The notes under the pieces: model-generated
What the model was told of the DNA's origin: nothing
The model's database searches: none
Seen by the model: only the letters and a program-made list of their open reading frames with translations
Shown here: in pieces, positions 8,593-19,292 of the stretch
How the letters are laid out: each line of letters begins with the position of its first letter
Position numbering within the stretch: the first letter of the stretch is position 1
Program-made: the position numbers and the translations under genes
From: an uncultured Bacteroidota bacterium
GTDB lineage: Bacteria; Bacteroidota; Rhodothermia; Rhodothermales; DATKEJ01
Length of the DNA: 64,000 nucleotides
Assembly (NCBI GenBank): GCA_963768715.1
Contig: CAVYJC010000011.1
Location: forward strand, 4,050 to 68,049
Direction of reading: 5' to 3'

Positions 8593-10798
8593 CTAATGAC
8601 CAACAACGACCATCAGCCTCGACTGCGTGAAGTCGCCCGATCTCATTTCCAGGACATAGGTCCCGCTCGTGAGGCGGCTCGCGTTGAATGCCACGGTGTG
8701 ATTACCGGCGGTGAACTGTCGTCGGCCACGGTTTCCACTTCACGCCCGAGCATATCGAAGATCTTCATCACCACATGCGCATGTTCTGGAAGCGCGAAGC
8801 CGATAGTCGTCGATTCTTCGAACGGGTTGGGGTAGTTCTCGAAGAGCTCGAAGGATTGCGGCAGCGTTTCCTCCTTTTCGGTCCCGATGTTGGCTACGGT
8901 GACTCGGCCACCGCCCACAATAGGTTCCCGTTCGGTGACTTCACCTTGCCCGTGATCTGGTCGCTGGCGTTGACCTCGAGTTGCCAAACGACCTCGGCCG
9001 TCTTCTTGTCGTCCGGGTCATGAACGAACAGCACCGCCTTCTTTTCCGAAGAGGTCGCATAGCCCGTAACGGTCACCCAGTCAGATCCGCCGCGCGGCCA
9101 TCCGATCAGAGCTCTACGTCCTGTCCCTTGGGGACTTCGTTGCGGATGAACTCGAATGCTTTTGCCCCCTTGGCATTGTCATCGGTATTTCCGCCTTCTA
9201 CGACCAACGGAAGGTTGCGGGCCTGGATGTATGTCTTCTTGCCGTCGTGCAACTCGTCTCCTTGCAGGCCGCCGAACGGTCTCGTCTGGTTTCCGGCCAT
9301 CGCCTGCATGAGATCGAGGATGAGTTGGTCTTGATCTACCTCGCCATCCTTCTGCGGCAACCGGTCCGAAAAGTTGTGCTTGTTCGCCAGCCAGATAAGC
9401 GAATTTGCGGTCGACGTCGGACCGCACTCGTTGTGTTTCTGGGCGATGTCCGGCATCCCGTTTGGATCGTTCGGGCCCGGAATGAAGTCGACGAACGTTA
9501 TCTCAGGAAAGGGCACAGTTGCCGGTTCCGGTTCCGGTTGATCGGGGACTTCCTGTCCATTGGGATCGTTATCGCCCCACTGGTTCTCCTCAAGCGGTAC
9601 CGTGCTGACCAGATCCGCCATAATCAGTTCGATGGGTGTGTTATCGGGCACGTCGATCAGGTCGGAAGTAAGCCCGGCGACGAAGGGGATCTCCGTTTCG
9701 GCGCCGATCGTCATGTCAGGCAACGGAAACCATGCACTAAACCGCGGAGTGCTCAAGAGTCCGTTCGTACCGGGGAGCGGAACGTTTCGAAGAACCCACT
9801 CGCTCTGATCCGAGTCTTTCGAGACCGGGTAATCGGCGATCATGCCGTCGCCGTTAAGATCTACAACGACGTTCAGGTACGTGTAGTCGTATTCGTCCGA
9901 AACGCTTGCCACCTTGAAGTCGAACGTTCCATCCGGCATCGGGTCACCGAATCGGTCGATGACCCGGTAAAGGGCGGATCCGACAGCATCGCGACCGGTG
10001 CATAGAGCGGAATCCGGAAGTTCCCGAACAATCCAAGAATCCCTGACCCGACTGGGTCAGCTCGACCGAGTAGCCGCTGAATCCATGCGGCTCGGTGATG
10101 ACCCAGCCGTCGCGCATGAATTCGATCAGATTATACGTGCCGAGCGGCACGTTCTCAAAAGTGGCCATTCCCGATGTGTCGGTAGAAGCGACACGTTCGC
10201 CTTCGTCCAGCTCGCCGTTGTCGTTCTCGTCGAGGAAGAAGTCCCAGCCCTCCATGTAGGGCTCTCCTTCGTCCATCGTCCCGTTGCCGTTGAAATCGTT
10301 GTACTTCGCGGCATACACGGTTCCCGACGGCGGCGTGACCTCGATATCGCAGCTCTCCTGGCTTTCGCCACTGTACTGGGAGGTGAGTGTCGCCGTGCCG
10401 AGGTCGACCGTTGAGATCAGGAAGGTGAACGTGACGACCACGCCTGGATTTACGGTACCCATTGCAAGGGATGCGTTTTGCGCTCCGGGCGTCCAGGTCC
10501 CCTGGGTCGTCGTGAAGTCTGAGAGTGACAAAAGGTTCGTTACCGTAACGGTAAACGAGACGTTGTCTATGGCGACCTCTCCGTCGTTGGTGTACGTTCC
10601 CGTGAACTGAATCGCGAAGCCGAGGGGGAGCGATTCGGGACACTGAAGCTCGAACGCCTTTGACAATGCCGAGGAATACTCGACATGCATCTCACGCGTA
10701 ACGTTTTGCGCGGTCGCGGGAATCACAAAGCAACAGAGCAAGGCAGCGGTGGCGCCTGCGACGGAGAAGGCTCGCGTCGCAAAGTTTGTGACGTTCAT
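8593..10798 (-). pseudogene. T9SS-secreted C39-like (papain-fold) peptidase with SdrD/Cna-B-like repeat, broken by at least 5 frame changes
   Basis: Start MNVTNFATRAF.. (signal peptide) at 10798. Contains 'YNDFNGNGTMDEGE..FLDENDNGELDEGE', 'KHNECGPTSTANSLIWL' and 'WVTVTGY..VLFVHDPDD'. The CTD 'ELFENYPNPFEESTTIGFALPEHAHVVMKIFDMLGREVETV' is completed only after a shift near 8713-8723: 'QFTAGNHTVAFNASRLTSGTYVLEMRSGDFTQSRLMVVVGH*', with the stop at 8593. Further breaks lie near 8894-8905, 9095-9110 and twice within 9960-10045. The track shows four separate ORFs. Confidence 0.6.
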
Positions 10799-10895
10799 GG
10801 CTCGGAAAGGGCGGGACGGTGGATTGGGAGGGACGCTTCCCAAATAAGAACTTTGAGGAATATTCCAAGAGACGTCCGTCGTCCCGAGTCGGTGC

Positions 10896-11405
10896 TTACG
10901 CCACACGGTAGCGCAATTCGGCGAACCCCTTCCCAAGCGGCCGCGCCGATACGAGCTCAAACGTTGCGTCTCGCGGCAGGAGCGCCTTGCCTGCACCCAG
11001 CGTCCGGCTCGCCACCGTCACGACCAACTCGTCTAGAAGTCCCGCGTCCAGGAACTGCCCCGCCAACTCCCCTCCGCCGACCACCCAGACGTTGCCATGC
11101 GAGGCCATGTCTGGGTACACCGTCGCTACGTCCCCTGAAACGAAGGTCACGCCCGCGCGGCTCGCGAACGCACCGTGCGTAAACACCCACACGGGACGGT
11201 CAGGATACGGCCAGTCGTGACCCTGCGCCACGTGTCGGAGCAAGAATTCGTAGGTGGATTTACCCATCGCGATTGCCCCGATACTCTCCAGGAACGGCAC
11301 ATACGTGTCCTCGTTAGGCGGCGGGAGCCGATCGAGCCAGGAGACGTCGTCGTCCAGCGTGGCAAGGAAGCCGTCGAGCGACGTGGCGGTGTAGAATGTG
11401 ACCAT
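10896..11405 (-). CDS. dihydrofolate reductase family protein (RibD C-terminal domain type)
   Basis: 'FYTATSLDGFLA...IAMGKSTYEF...VWVVGGGELAGQFLDAGLLDELVVTV' is typical of the family. Confidence 0.75.
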   Translation of the reverse strand: MVTFYTATSLDGFLATLDDDVSWLDRLPPPNEDTYVPFLESIGAIAMGKSTYEFLLRHVAQGHDWPYPDRPVWVFTHGAFASRAGVTFVSGDVATVYPDMASHGNVWVVGGGELAGQFLDAGLLDELVVTVASRTLGAGKALLPRDATFELVSARPLGKGFAELRYRVA

Positions 11406-11597
11406 GACCCGGGATTCAAAGAGGATTCATACGGCTCGTTGCGGGGAATATATGATGGATGCCGTCTGGCATCGACTTAGTCTATCCGGGACGCATCCCG
11501 ATCAAGAATGGCAACCGCCATCCTGTACATCATCTTCTGGTACGCAATACATTCACAGTGATATCGTCCGTCGTCGAAATTAATCAACGAACCGGAA

Positions 11598-12581
11598 GTG
11601 GCATCAGATAATCGATACGACAATATGCAGTATCGCCGAGCCGGCCGAAGCGGCATCGATCTGCCCGTTCTTTCACTGGGATTCTGGCACAACTTTGGCG
11701 AAAAGGCTGACCCTGAAGTGGCTCGGTCACTGGCCCTGCGTGCCTTCGATCTGGGCATCACCTATTTCGACACTGCAAACGAGTACGGCCCGCCTGGGGG
11801 CGCCGCCGAAATCACGCTCTCCCGAATTCTCAAGTCGGACCTGTGGGCGCATCGTGACGAGCTCTTCATCGCTACGAAGGCCGGCTTCCGGATGTGGCCC
11901 GGTCCCTACGGCGACCACGGATCCCGCAAGTACCTGCTGGCCAGTCTCGATCAGAGTCTTCGCCGCCTTGGACTCGAATATGTCGACGTATTCTATCACC
12001 ATCGTCAGGATCTCAACACGCCCCTCGAAGAGACGATGGGAGCGCTCGATCGTATGGTGCGCTCCGGTAAGGCCCTCTACGTGGGCCTGTCAAACTACGA
12101 CCCTGACCGAATGGAGCAGGCGATCACTATTCTCCGAAGCCTTGGTACGCCCTGCCTGCTGAATCAGCCCCAGTACAGCATGCTGCAGCGGAAACCCGAA
12201 CATGGCCTGTTCTCACTCCTGGCGAGGGAAGGGGTCGGGTGTGCGATCTTCTCGGCGCTCGCTCAGGGCGTGCTGACGGGCAGGTATCTCGACGGAATTC
12301 CTGACGACTCGCGTGCGGCTGATCCCGACGGTTTTCTGACTGTCGACGCTGTCCACCGGCGGCACGCGATCGTCCGAGCGCTGAACGACATCGCCGTGGC
12401 ACGCGGACAGACGCTGGCACAAATGGCGCTTACCTGGGTGTTGCGTCGCCCCGAAGTCACGTCGATCATCATCGGGGTGAGCAAAGTGCAGCAGCTTGAA
12501 GACGACGTCGCGGCACTCGCGGCATCCCCACTGAGCGAAGAAGAACTCGCATCGATCGATCGGGTGCTCGAAGGGGCCTAA
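11598..12581 (+). CDS. yghZ: aldo/keto reductase, YghZ (L-glyceraldehyde-3-phosphate reductase)-like
   Basis: GTG start. 'RYDNMQYRRAGRSGIDLPVLSLGFWHNFG' closely parallels the E. coli YghZ N-terminus as I recall it. AKR motifs 'ITYFDTANEYG' and 'GLSNY'. Confidence 0.8.
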   Translation: MASDNRYDNMQYRRAGRSGIDLPVLSLGFWHNFGEKADPEVARSLALRAFDLGITYFDTANEYGPPGGAAEITLSRILKSDLWAHRDELFIATKAGFRMWPGPYGDHGSRKYLLASLDQSLRRLGLEYVDVFYHHRQDLNTPLEETMGALDRMVRSGKALYVGLSNYDPDRMEQAITILRSLGTPCLLNQPQYSMLQRKPEHGLFSLLAREGVGCAIFSALAQGVLTGRYLDGIPDDSRAADPDGFLTVDAVHRRHAIVRALNDIAVARGQTLAQMALTWVLRRPEVTSIIIGVSKVQQLEDDVAALAASPLSEEELASIDRVLEGA

Positions 12582-12623
12582 GGCACAGCCGGAGCCGTCG
12601 ACCGGCGGCGCGATGTGGGCAGG

Positions 12624-14021
12624 CTATTTCGTTGCAGTGAGGAGCGAATCGAGCTTCGTCTGCATTTCCGCGAGCGTGGAAATGGCGGAGGGATCGCTGA
12701 TCAGATTACGCACTTCGTGCGGATCGGCCTGCAGGTCGTAGAGCTCGTCCATTCCTTCCAGGTCGGTGTAGCGTATGTACTTCCAGTGCTCGGTGCGGAC
12801 CGACTGCCAGGGCCTGGCGTTTGGCGCGACCTTTTCGAGGAAGTATTCGGTCAGCATCGACTCTCTCCAGTCTGCATTCGGATCGCGCAGTAAGGGAACG
12901 AACGAACGACCGTTCACGGGGGTTATGGGAGTGACTCCGGCGATGTCCAAGAGGGTCGGGACAACGTCTACGTTCAGGGTCATCGCATCGATGATGGTTC
13001 CCGGGGTGACCAGGGGCGGGTATCGAATGATGAACGGAATTCGGATCGATTCGTCGTATGCGAGCCGCTTGTCGTTGAATCGACCGTGCTCACCGAGCAG
13101 GAACCCGTTGTCGCTCGTGAATATCACCACGGTGTTGTCCAGTTGTCCGGTTTCGGTCAGTACGTCGAAAAGCATGCCCAAGCCTTCGTCGACCGACATG
13201 AGCGTGCGCATCTGATCCCGAATGATGGAACCTGGGTCTTTCCCGCGACCGCGCCGAGGCTCGCCCGGTTCCGGCGCTATACTCTCCAGCTCATACCAAG
13301 GCACCGTCGGCAAATTGAGATGCAGCGCCGGCTTTCCTTTGATATCCGCATCCGTTACTTCCGGCGGATGGTAGGTTACATCCGTGTAGAGACTGTCGAA
13401 TCGAGCAGCCGGAAGGAATGGGTTGTGAACCGCCTTGTGGGAGAGGTATAGAAGGAAAGGTTGTGACCGAGGCTGGCTGACGAATTCGACCGCCTTTCTG
13501 TTAAGGTAGTCCGTGATGTATCCGGTGAGTTGCAGCCGGGTACCGTTTTCGTTGACTACTGGATCGATGTATTGTCCCTGGCCCTTGAAACTGACCCAAT
13601 AGTCGAATCCAGGTCTCCGGGAATCATCGAGCCCCATGTGCCACTTCCCGACAAAGGCCGTTTCGTAACCTGCCTCTCGTAGTCGTCGTGGAAAAGTGTA
13701 AAGCGAGTGGCCGATGACGTCGATTCCCAGCCGGTCGTTATTCGTGACCAGGTGTTTGTGGGCATACTGACCTGTCAGGAAGCTCGCTCGACTGGGCGAG
13801 CAAAGCGGGGTCGTCACGAAGAACTCGGTGAAGCGCGCACCCTCGTTGGCGAGGCGGTCAATGTTCGGCGTCCTCAGATCCGGGTGTCCGGCGACGCCGA
13901 GCCAGTCGGCGCGTTGATCATCGGTGATGATGAAGACGATGTTCGGCCGCTGCTCTTGGGCGAGCAGCTTCCCGGAAGTGACGATTAGCAACAGGAGGAT
14001 CGGGACAACGCAGCGCTTCAT
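12624..14021 (-). CDS. sulfatase (formylglycine-dependent, S1 family)
   Basis: Signal peptide MKRCVVPILLLLIV. 'PNIVFIITDDQ' and 'CSPSRASFLTG' (C-x-P-x-R). Confidence 0.85.
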   Translation of the reverse strand: MKRCVVPILLLLIVTSGKLLAQEQRPNIVFIITDDQRADWLGVAGHPDLRTPNIDRLANEGARFTEFFVTTPLCSPSRASFLTGQYAHKHLVTNNDRLGIDVIGHSLYTFPRRLREAGYETAFVGKWHMGLDDSRRPGFDYWVSFKGQGQYIDPVVNENGTRLQLTGYITDYLNRKAVEFVSQPRSQPFLLYLSHKAVHNPFLPAARFDSLYTDVTYHPPEVTDADIKGKPALHLNLPTVPWYELESIAPEPGEPRRGRGKDPGSIIRDQMRTLMSVDEGLGMLFDVLTETGQLDNTVVIFTSDNGFLLGEHGRFNDKRLAYDESIRIPFIIRYPPLVTPGTIIDAMTLNVDVVPTLLDIAGVTPITPVNGRSFVPLLRDPNADWRESMLTEYFLEKVAPNARPWQSVRTEHWKYIRYTDLEGMDELYDLQADPHEVRNLISDPSAISTLAEMQTKLDSLLTATK

Positions 14022-14223
14022 TGCACGTATTACAGGGAGAGGTGGGGTATGGCGAGCTCGCGCTCTCAAGGCGCGATATGGGATACGCCAGAATTCACCC
14101 GCTTGCCGCATTTTCATGGCGTCAATATATGGATCGTCCATTTCTCAACTCGCAGGTGTACGTTATGCCTGGACCGACAATTCGGAACCTGACCAACCGG
14201 AAACGAAACCGAAGGTTGTAACA

Positions 14224-15585
14224 ATGATGACATCAACTCGGGCCCGCCGCTGGGGCGCCCTCCTGACGTTTCTCCTTGTTTGCGCGAGCTGCTCGAGCGT
14301 CTCAGCTCAATCGGACGCGTTCGTAAGGGTCGAAGACGGTCGCTTCGTGCTGAATGGGCACTACTACTATTTCACAGGGGTCAACTTCTGGTACGGGATG
14401 AATCTCGGATCGGAGGGCGAAGGCGGCGATCGGGCCCGGCTGGTTATGGAACTCGATTCGATGGCGGCGAGGGGCCTCAAGAACTTGCGCGTCATGGCGT
14501 CGAGCGAAGGTCCCAACACCGAGCCCTTCCGCGTCAAGCCGACTCTTCAGCCGGAGCCACGTGTGTACAACCAGGATCTCTTGAAAGGACTCGATTTTCT
14601 GCTCGCCGAAATGGGGAAGCGGGACATGAAGGCGGTGCTGGTCCTCAACAACTTCTTTGACTGGTCCGGCGGGATGGCCCAGTATGTTTCGTGGACGACC
14701 GGGACTCCCATCCCCTATCCATCGCCAGGGGAGGGAGGCTATTCGTCTGATGACCTGCAAAACTACGCATCCCAGTTCTATGCAGATTTCGACGCGCAGC
14801 GATTGTATCTCGACTTCATATTCGAGTTGATCCATCGTAAGAATCACATAACGGGCCTGCTCTATCGCGACGATCCGACCATCATGACCTGGGAGCTGGC
14901 GAATGAGCCTCGTGGCTCCGCTCATTCGGATGAATACGTGGAATGGGTGGACAAAGCGGCGGGATTCATACAGCTGCAAGATCCAAATCATCTCGTCTGT
15001 TTGGGAGGCGAGGGTAAGCTCGTCCCAGGCAACGGGACGCAGTTCGAATGGGTCAGCACGTCGCCCTATCTCGACTACATAACCATCCATATCTGGATCG
15101 AGAACTGGGGATGGTTCGATCCGAAGAAGTCCGACGAAACGTTCCCGACGGCCGTAGGTCGCGCCATGGGGTATCTGGCCGATCACGTCAGCCTTGCGCG
15201 CGCCATCAACAAGCCGATGGTGGTAGAGGAATTCGGCGTGTCGCGGGACGGCGGGAGCTTCGAGATCTCTGCCGGCACGGCGTACCGCGATAGCTACTAT
15301 CGAGTGGTCCTTGAGGCGTTGTACAGGCTCGCGCAGGAAGGCAACGTGGCCGCCGGAAGCAATGTCTGGTCGTGGTCGGGTTCGGGACGACCGGTCACGC
15401 CTGGCTCGCTGTGGCAGAAAGGCGAACCGTTTACAGGAGATCCCCCAAACGAACAACAGGGACGGTACTCGATCTACGACAAGGACTCGTCCACTCTCGA
15501 CATACTGACGGAGTACGCCGGATTGATGAGCGACCTGGACGCAACGATCGAGAATGGAGCGGAGACGGGCGACGTCAGGGAGTGA
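14224..15585 (+). CDS. glycoside hydrolase family 5, beta-mannanase-like
   Basis: Signal peptide plus 'FVLNGHYYYFTGVNFWY'; acid/base motif 'TWELANEPRG'; nucleophile motif 'VVEEFGVSRDG'. Confidence 0.75.
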   Translation: MMTSTRARRWGALLTFLLVCASCSSVSAQSDAFVRVEDGRFVLNGHYYYFTGVNFWYGMNLGSEGEGGDRARLVMELDSMAARGLKNLRVMASSEGPNTEPFRVKPTLQPEPRVYNQDLLKGLDFLLAEMGKRDMKAVLVLNNFFDWSGGMAQYVSWTTGTPIPYPSPGEGGYSSDDLQNYASQFYADFDAQRLYLDFIFELIHRKNHITGLLYRDDPTIMTWELANEPRGSAHSDEYVEWVDKAAGFIQLQDPNHLVCLGGEGKLVPGNGTQFEWVSTSPYLDYITIHIWIENWGWFDPKKSDETFPTAVGRAMGYLADHVSLARAINKPMVVEEFGVSRDGGSFEISAGTAYRDSYYRVVLEALYRLAQEGNVAAGSNVWSWSGSGRPVTPGSLWQKGEPFTGDPPNEQQGRYSIYDKDSSTLDILTEYAGLMSDLDATIENGAETGDVRE

Positions 15586-15610
15586 GCGTGAACGTAGTGA
15601 GAGGACGGAA

Positions 15611-17140
15611 ATGCTGAGGAGAATCCGATTTGTAAAGGTCCTCCTGGGTGCAAGCATGCTCGCGGGAACGATCTTTGCTGTTCCACCCGCATACGGTCAG
15701 AAGTTCGAAGAGCTGGCCCTCACACCTCCGATGGGCTGGAACAGCTGGAACCACTTCGGCTGTGACATGAACGAGCAGATTGTTCGGGATATTGCGGACT
15801 CCATCGTTACGACCGGCATGCGTGACGCCGGCTACGTCTATTTGAACATCGACGATTGTTGGACCAAGTCGAGAGACGGCGAAGGAAACCTGCAGGCCGA
15901 TGCGGAACGATTCCCTTCAGGCATGAAGGCGTTGGCGGAATACGTGCACAGCAAGGGTTTGAAATTCGGGATCTACTCGGATGTCGGGCCGAAGACGTGT
16001 GGCGAATGGCCGGGAAGCGGCGGGAATGAATACAGGGATGCGATCACCTTTGCCTCATGGGGTGTGGACTATCTCAAATACGACTGGTGCTTTTCCGATG
16101 GGCTGGACCCCGTTGAGGCATACCAGACCATGAGTACGGCTCTGGCCGAAGCGGGTCGACCCGTGGTGTTCAGTATCTGCGAATGGGGCCTCAGTAAGCC
16201 GTGGGAGTGGGCGCGATCGGTGGGTCATCTATGGCGCACAGTTGGCGACATTACGGTTTGCTTCGACTGTGTCGTGGACCACGGAGATTGGTACTCATGG
16301 GGCATCATGCCGATCGTCGATCGACAGGTAAACTTGCGGGCGTATGCCGGACCGGGGCACTGGAATGATCCGGACATACTCGAGGTCGGCAATGGGATGA
16401 CGCCCGCTGAGGATCGAGCCCACTTCTCACTGTGGAGCATGCTTGCAGCGCCTCTGCTCACAGGCAACGACGTCCGAAACATGTCCCGGGAAGCGCTTGA
16501 GACATTGACCAACAGCGAGGTCATCGCTGTAGATCAAGATTCGCTGGGAATCCAGGGTTTCCGATATGCGCAGAGCAACGAAATCCAGATCTGGTTCAAG
16601 CCGCTGATGCACGGGGCGTGGGCGATGGCGGTTGTAAATCGGTCGTCGCAAACTCGAACGTTCAGGTTCGACTGGGCAAGAGAGCGTGTCGTTGACGCAG
16701 AGTTCTTTCGCGACGCCGCCTTCGATGAAATCGAATACAACGTGCGAAATCTCTGGCTGCACGAAGATCGGGGTACAACAACAGAGCCCCTTGTCGAAGA
16801 TATTGCCTCTCACGACGTTCTGATGCTGCGACTGGAGCCGATGGGTGCATTCGATGGTCAGGTCGCAGAACATGGCTCGGACCGGATGATTGTTGGCATC
16901 TTTCCGAATCCGGCCACGGTGTACACGAGTGTTCGTTTTCTATCCCTGGATTCCGGAAGGATGGCAATAGACGTCTACAGCGTTCTCGGTCGCCACGTTC
17001 TCCATGCGATAGAACGAGAACTACCGGCCGGTCTCCACACAGTCAACATCCAGTTAGATGCCCTTGCGCCCGGTAGTTATTTCGTACGAGTGGAGCACGC
17101 CGGTAGCGTCAAGGTCAAGCCACTGCAGATTGTCCACTGA
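15611..17140 (+). CDS. alpha-galactosidase (GH27) with T9SS C-terminal domain
   Basis: 'PPMGWNSWNHFGC..YVYLNIDDCW..KFGIYSD..YLKYDWC'. C-terminus 'FPNPATVYTSVRF...GSYFVRVEHAGSVKVKPLQIVH'. Confidence 0.85.
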   Translation: MLRRIRFVKVLLGASMLAGTIFAVPPAYGQKFEELALTPPMGWNSWNHFGCDMNEQIVRDIADSIVTTGMRDAGYVYLNIDDCWTKSRDGEGNLQADAERFPSGMKALAEYVHSKGLKFGIYSDVGPKTCGEWPGSGGNEYRDAITFASWGVDYLKYDWCFSDGLDPVEAYQTMSTALAEAGRPVVFSICEWGLSKPWEWARSVGHLWRTVGDITVCFDCVVDHGDWYSWGIMPIVDRQVNLRAYAGPGHWNDPDILEVGNGMTPAEDRAHFSLWSMLAAPLLTGNDVRNMSREALETLTNSEVIAVDQDSLGIQGFRYAQSNEIQIWFKPLMHGAWAMAVVNRSSQTRTFRFDWARERVVDAEFFRDAAFDEIEYNVRNLWLHEDRGTTTEPLVEDIASHDVLMLRLEPMGAFDGQVAEHGSDRMIVGIFPNPATVYTSVRFLSLDSGRMAIDVYSVLGRHVLHAIERELPAGLHTVNIQLDALAPGSYFVRVEHAGSVKVKPLQIVH

Positions 17141-17168
17141 ACGTACGTGGACGACTTGCGATTGCCGG

Positions 17169-19139
17169 TCATTGTCCAAGAGACATCATTGCTCCGGTAG
17201 CCCGGTACGTATTCCCGGACGCTCCGAAGAAGACCACTCGAAAGTAGTAGGGGCCGCCGGCCTGCGGCGAGAAATCGAGCCCCGTAACCTGTTGGTGCAC
17301 CGGAAGTATCGTGCGAACCTGCACGCGACCGAGCGCGTCAACAATCGTCACTTCCGCTATGCCACCCTCGGGCCGTTGAATGAGCAGCGTGGTTTTGCCG
17401 AGGAATGGGTTGGGAAAGTTGTTCACGGCGAAGCCCTGAACCTCCGCAGGAGGCTTAGGCTCTTGCAGAAATACGTTGGTATCTAGCGACAGGAGCCAGT
17501 CGGACCCGTCTGGCGGCTGAACCGAGAGTATCCCGTCGACTGGAACCTGCGTGAACTCGGTTGAATCCCCCGTAGAAGGATCGATCCAGCAATAGCCTGC
17601 TTCCGGCCCAAACGACGATACCTTGAACGCAGCCTTCTCAGTGTTTGCAGGGAAGTAGGCCAGCATCCTGTCTTGAGACTGCGCGATCGGAACGTGGATG
17701 TCAGGTGTTACGCTGACGAGTAGTTCCTGATTAGGCTCCAACTTGTACCAGTCACTCTCCTCCATGAGACGCCTTAGCAATCCCATTTGGACGGACCCGG
17801 GCAAGCTGCTTGCTTCCCCGACAAGGTACCGCGAACCGAATCCGCCAGGAATCGATGGCGTGGACCACTGCCATACTCCATTCGCTCCATAAATGTATCC
17901 AGCGAGTCCTCCGGAAAAGATCGACTGGTATGCTGCTTCCCGTACATCGACTGCCCTAATACGGGGTACTCCGGTGGTATCTTCATGGTGTTCCCAGAAG
18001 TGATCCAGGAGATCTTCGTATTGGGCCTCACCGCTAATGACAGGTTTGGTCGGTCTCGCCGTGTAGCCGGCAATGGCGCCCTGCCAGCTATAGGCAAGCG
18101 GTTCGGCGTAGTGCCCGACCGAGTACATGTAGTAATCCAGCCACGTGGCATCTTCACCGTAGAAATCGAACGATCCGGTCCATCCGGTTGAATGGATGGT
18201 GGTGAGATGAATGTCCCCACCGGCAGCCTTCAGTGTGCGTGCGAACGTAGCCCAGAACTTATTCTGGTCGGGATCATCATATTTCCAGTCTCCTCCAGCG
18301 ATCCACATCACGTTACTTCCCGCGTACCGAGCGGCCGTGTACCGGGCGAGGACGAGTGCTTCCTCAACTGTGACGGGTGTACCATAGCCGAGCTCCGTAG
18401 CAACGAACTCGATGAGTCTTCCCCAGAGCGGTACCATGGAAACGACCATCCCGGCATCGTTCGCCTTCTTGACGATTTCGTCCAGGTAGTCGAAATACCT
18501 TGGATTTGGCAATGAAAAATCCGAGTCCAGAACAAACCGTTCGCCGAACTGATTCTCGATTCCCCACGGATATTCAAACTGGTGAGACTGCGTTACCAAC
18601 TGAATGACGTTAAATCCTTTGGCCTTTCGATCGGCCAAATACGGTTCGAGATCGTCGTCCGTGGACTTCCACGTAATTTCCCACGCCGTATCGCCCAAGA
18701 GGAAGAGAGGGGTGCTGTCTTGATACGTGATGTATCTGCCATCAGGCGAGACTTTCGGCCAGCCCTTTCGTTTGAAAATTTCATCGCCTTCATATTTCGA
18801 CGCCAAGATGGTCCCCTCTCTGCCATTCAATCCGGCATTGGCGGGATCACTTGCCGAGACTTGAAACGTCCAGGTGCCCGGTAGCGGCGGGGCGAAACGT
18901 ACCCGGTATATTCGACCGCCGTCCCAGAATCCGGAAATGGAGATTATCGAGCCGTCAGGACCATGGAAATCCGCGTTGACCGTTACGTCGGTGACGGGCT
19001 GTGCGTAGTCGCGCGATGAGGTGAGCAAGATCTCGACCAACTCAAAAGTCTGCGTATGAAGAGTTTGAGCTGAGAGTTTGAGTCCGGACGAGGCCACCAT
19101 CAGACAGCATCCGAGAACGAATCCGATGTAATGGATCAT
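17169..19139 (-). CDS. DUF5060 + DUF4038 (GH140-like) glycosidase with T9SS C-terminal domain
   Basis: 'ISGFWDGGRIYRVRFAPPLPGTWTF', 'TPLFLLGDTAWEI...AKGFNVIQLV'. CTD 'NNFPNPFLGKTTLLI...GPYYFRVVF'. Confidence 0.7.
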   Translation of the reverse strand: MIHYIGFVLGCCLMVASSGLKLSAQTLHTQTFELVEILLTSSRDYAQPVTDVTVNADFHGPDGSIISISGFWDGGRIYRVRFAPPLPGTWTFQVSASDPANAGLNGREGTILASKYEGDEIFKRKGWPKVSPDGRYITYQDSTPLFLLGDTAWEITWKSTDDDLEPYLADRKAKGFNVIQLVTQSHQFEYPWGIENQFGERFVLDSDFSLPNPRYFDYLDEIVKKANDAGMVVSMVPLWGRLIEFVATELGYGTPVTVEEALVLARYTAARYAGSNVMWIAGGDWKYDDPDQNKFWATFARTLKAAGGDIHLTTIHSTGWTGSFDFYGEDATWLDYYMYSVGHYAEPLAYSWQGAIAGYTARPTKPVISGEAQYEDLLDHFWEHHEDTTGVPRIRAVDVREAAYQSIFSGGLAGYIYGANGVWQWSTPSIPGGFGSRYLVGEASSLPGSVQMGLLRRLMEESDWYKLEPNQELLVSVTPDIHVPIAQSQDRMLAYFPANTEKAAFKVSSFGPEAGYCWIDPSTGDSTEFTQVPVDGILSVQPPDGSDWLLSLDTNVFLQEPKPPAEVQGFAVNNFPNPFLGKTTLLIQRPEGGIAEVTIVDALGRVQVRTILPVHQQVTGLDFSPQAGGPYYFRVVFFGASGNTYRATGAMMSLGQ

Positions 19140-19292
19140 GCCGTCGCTGCCGCCGCCTAGATTTTCGATCACTCTTGAGCACGGATCCTAGCCTGCACTG
19201 AGCATCAGTCCTTACACTGGGCTAACATTATGGGACAGTTATCGCCAACCCTACTCTAACTGTCATGTTCCAGTTCTCCAGCCAGGGGCCAC

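Noticed and set aside
8227-8606. Four overlapping 60-120-aa ORFs on both strands with internally repeated peptides (e.g. ...QPCYNTSRPAAAGLGCPQ...).
   Set aside because: They are translations of the 3 x 102-bp REP-module array. The periodic peptide repeats mirror the DNA repeat, and no start context or family resemblance is present.
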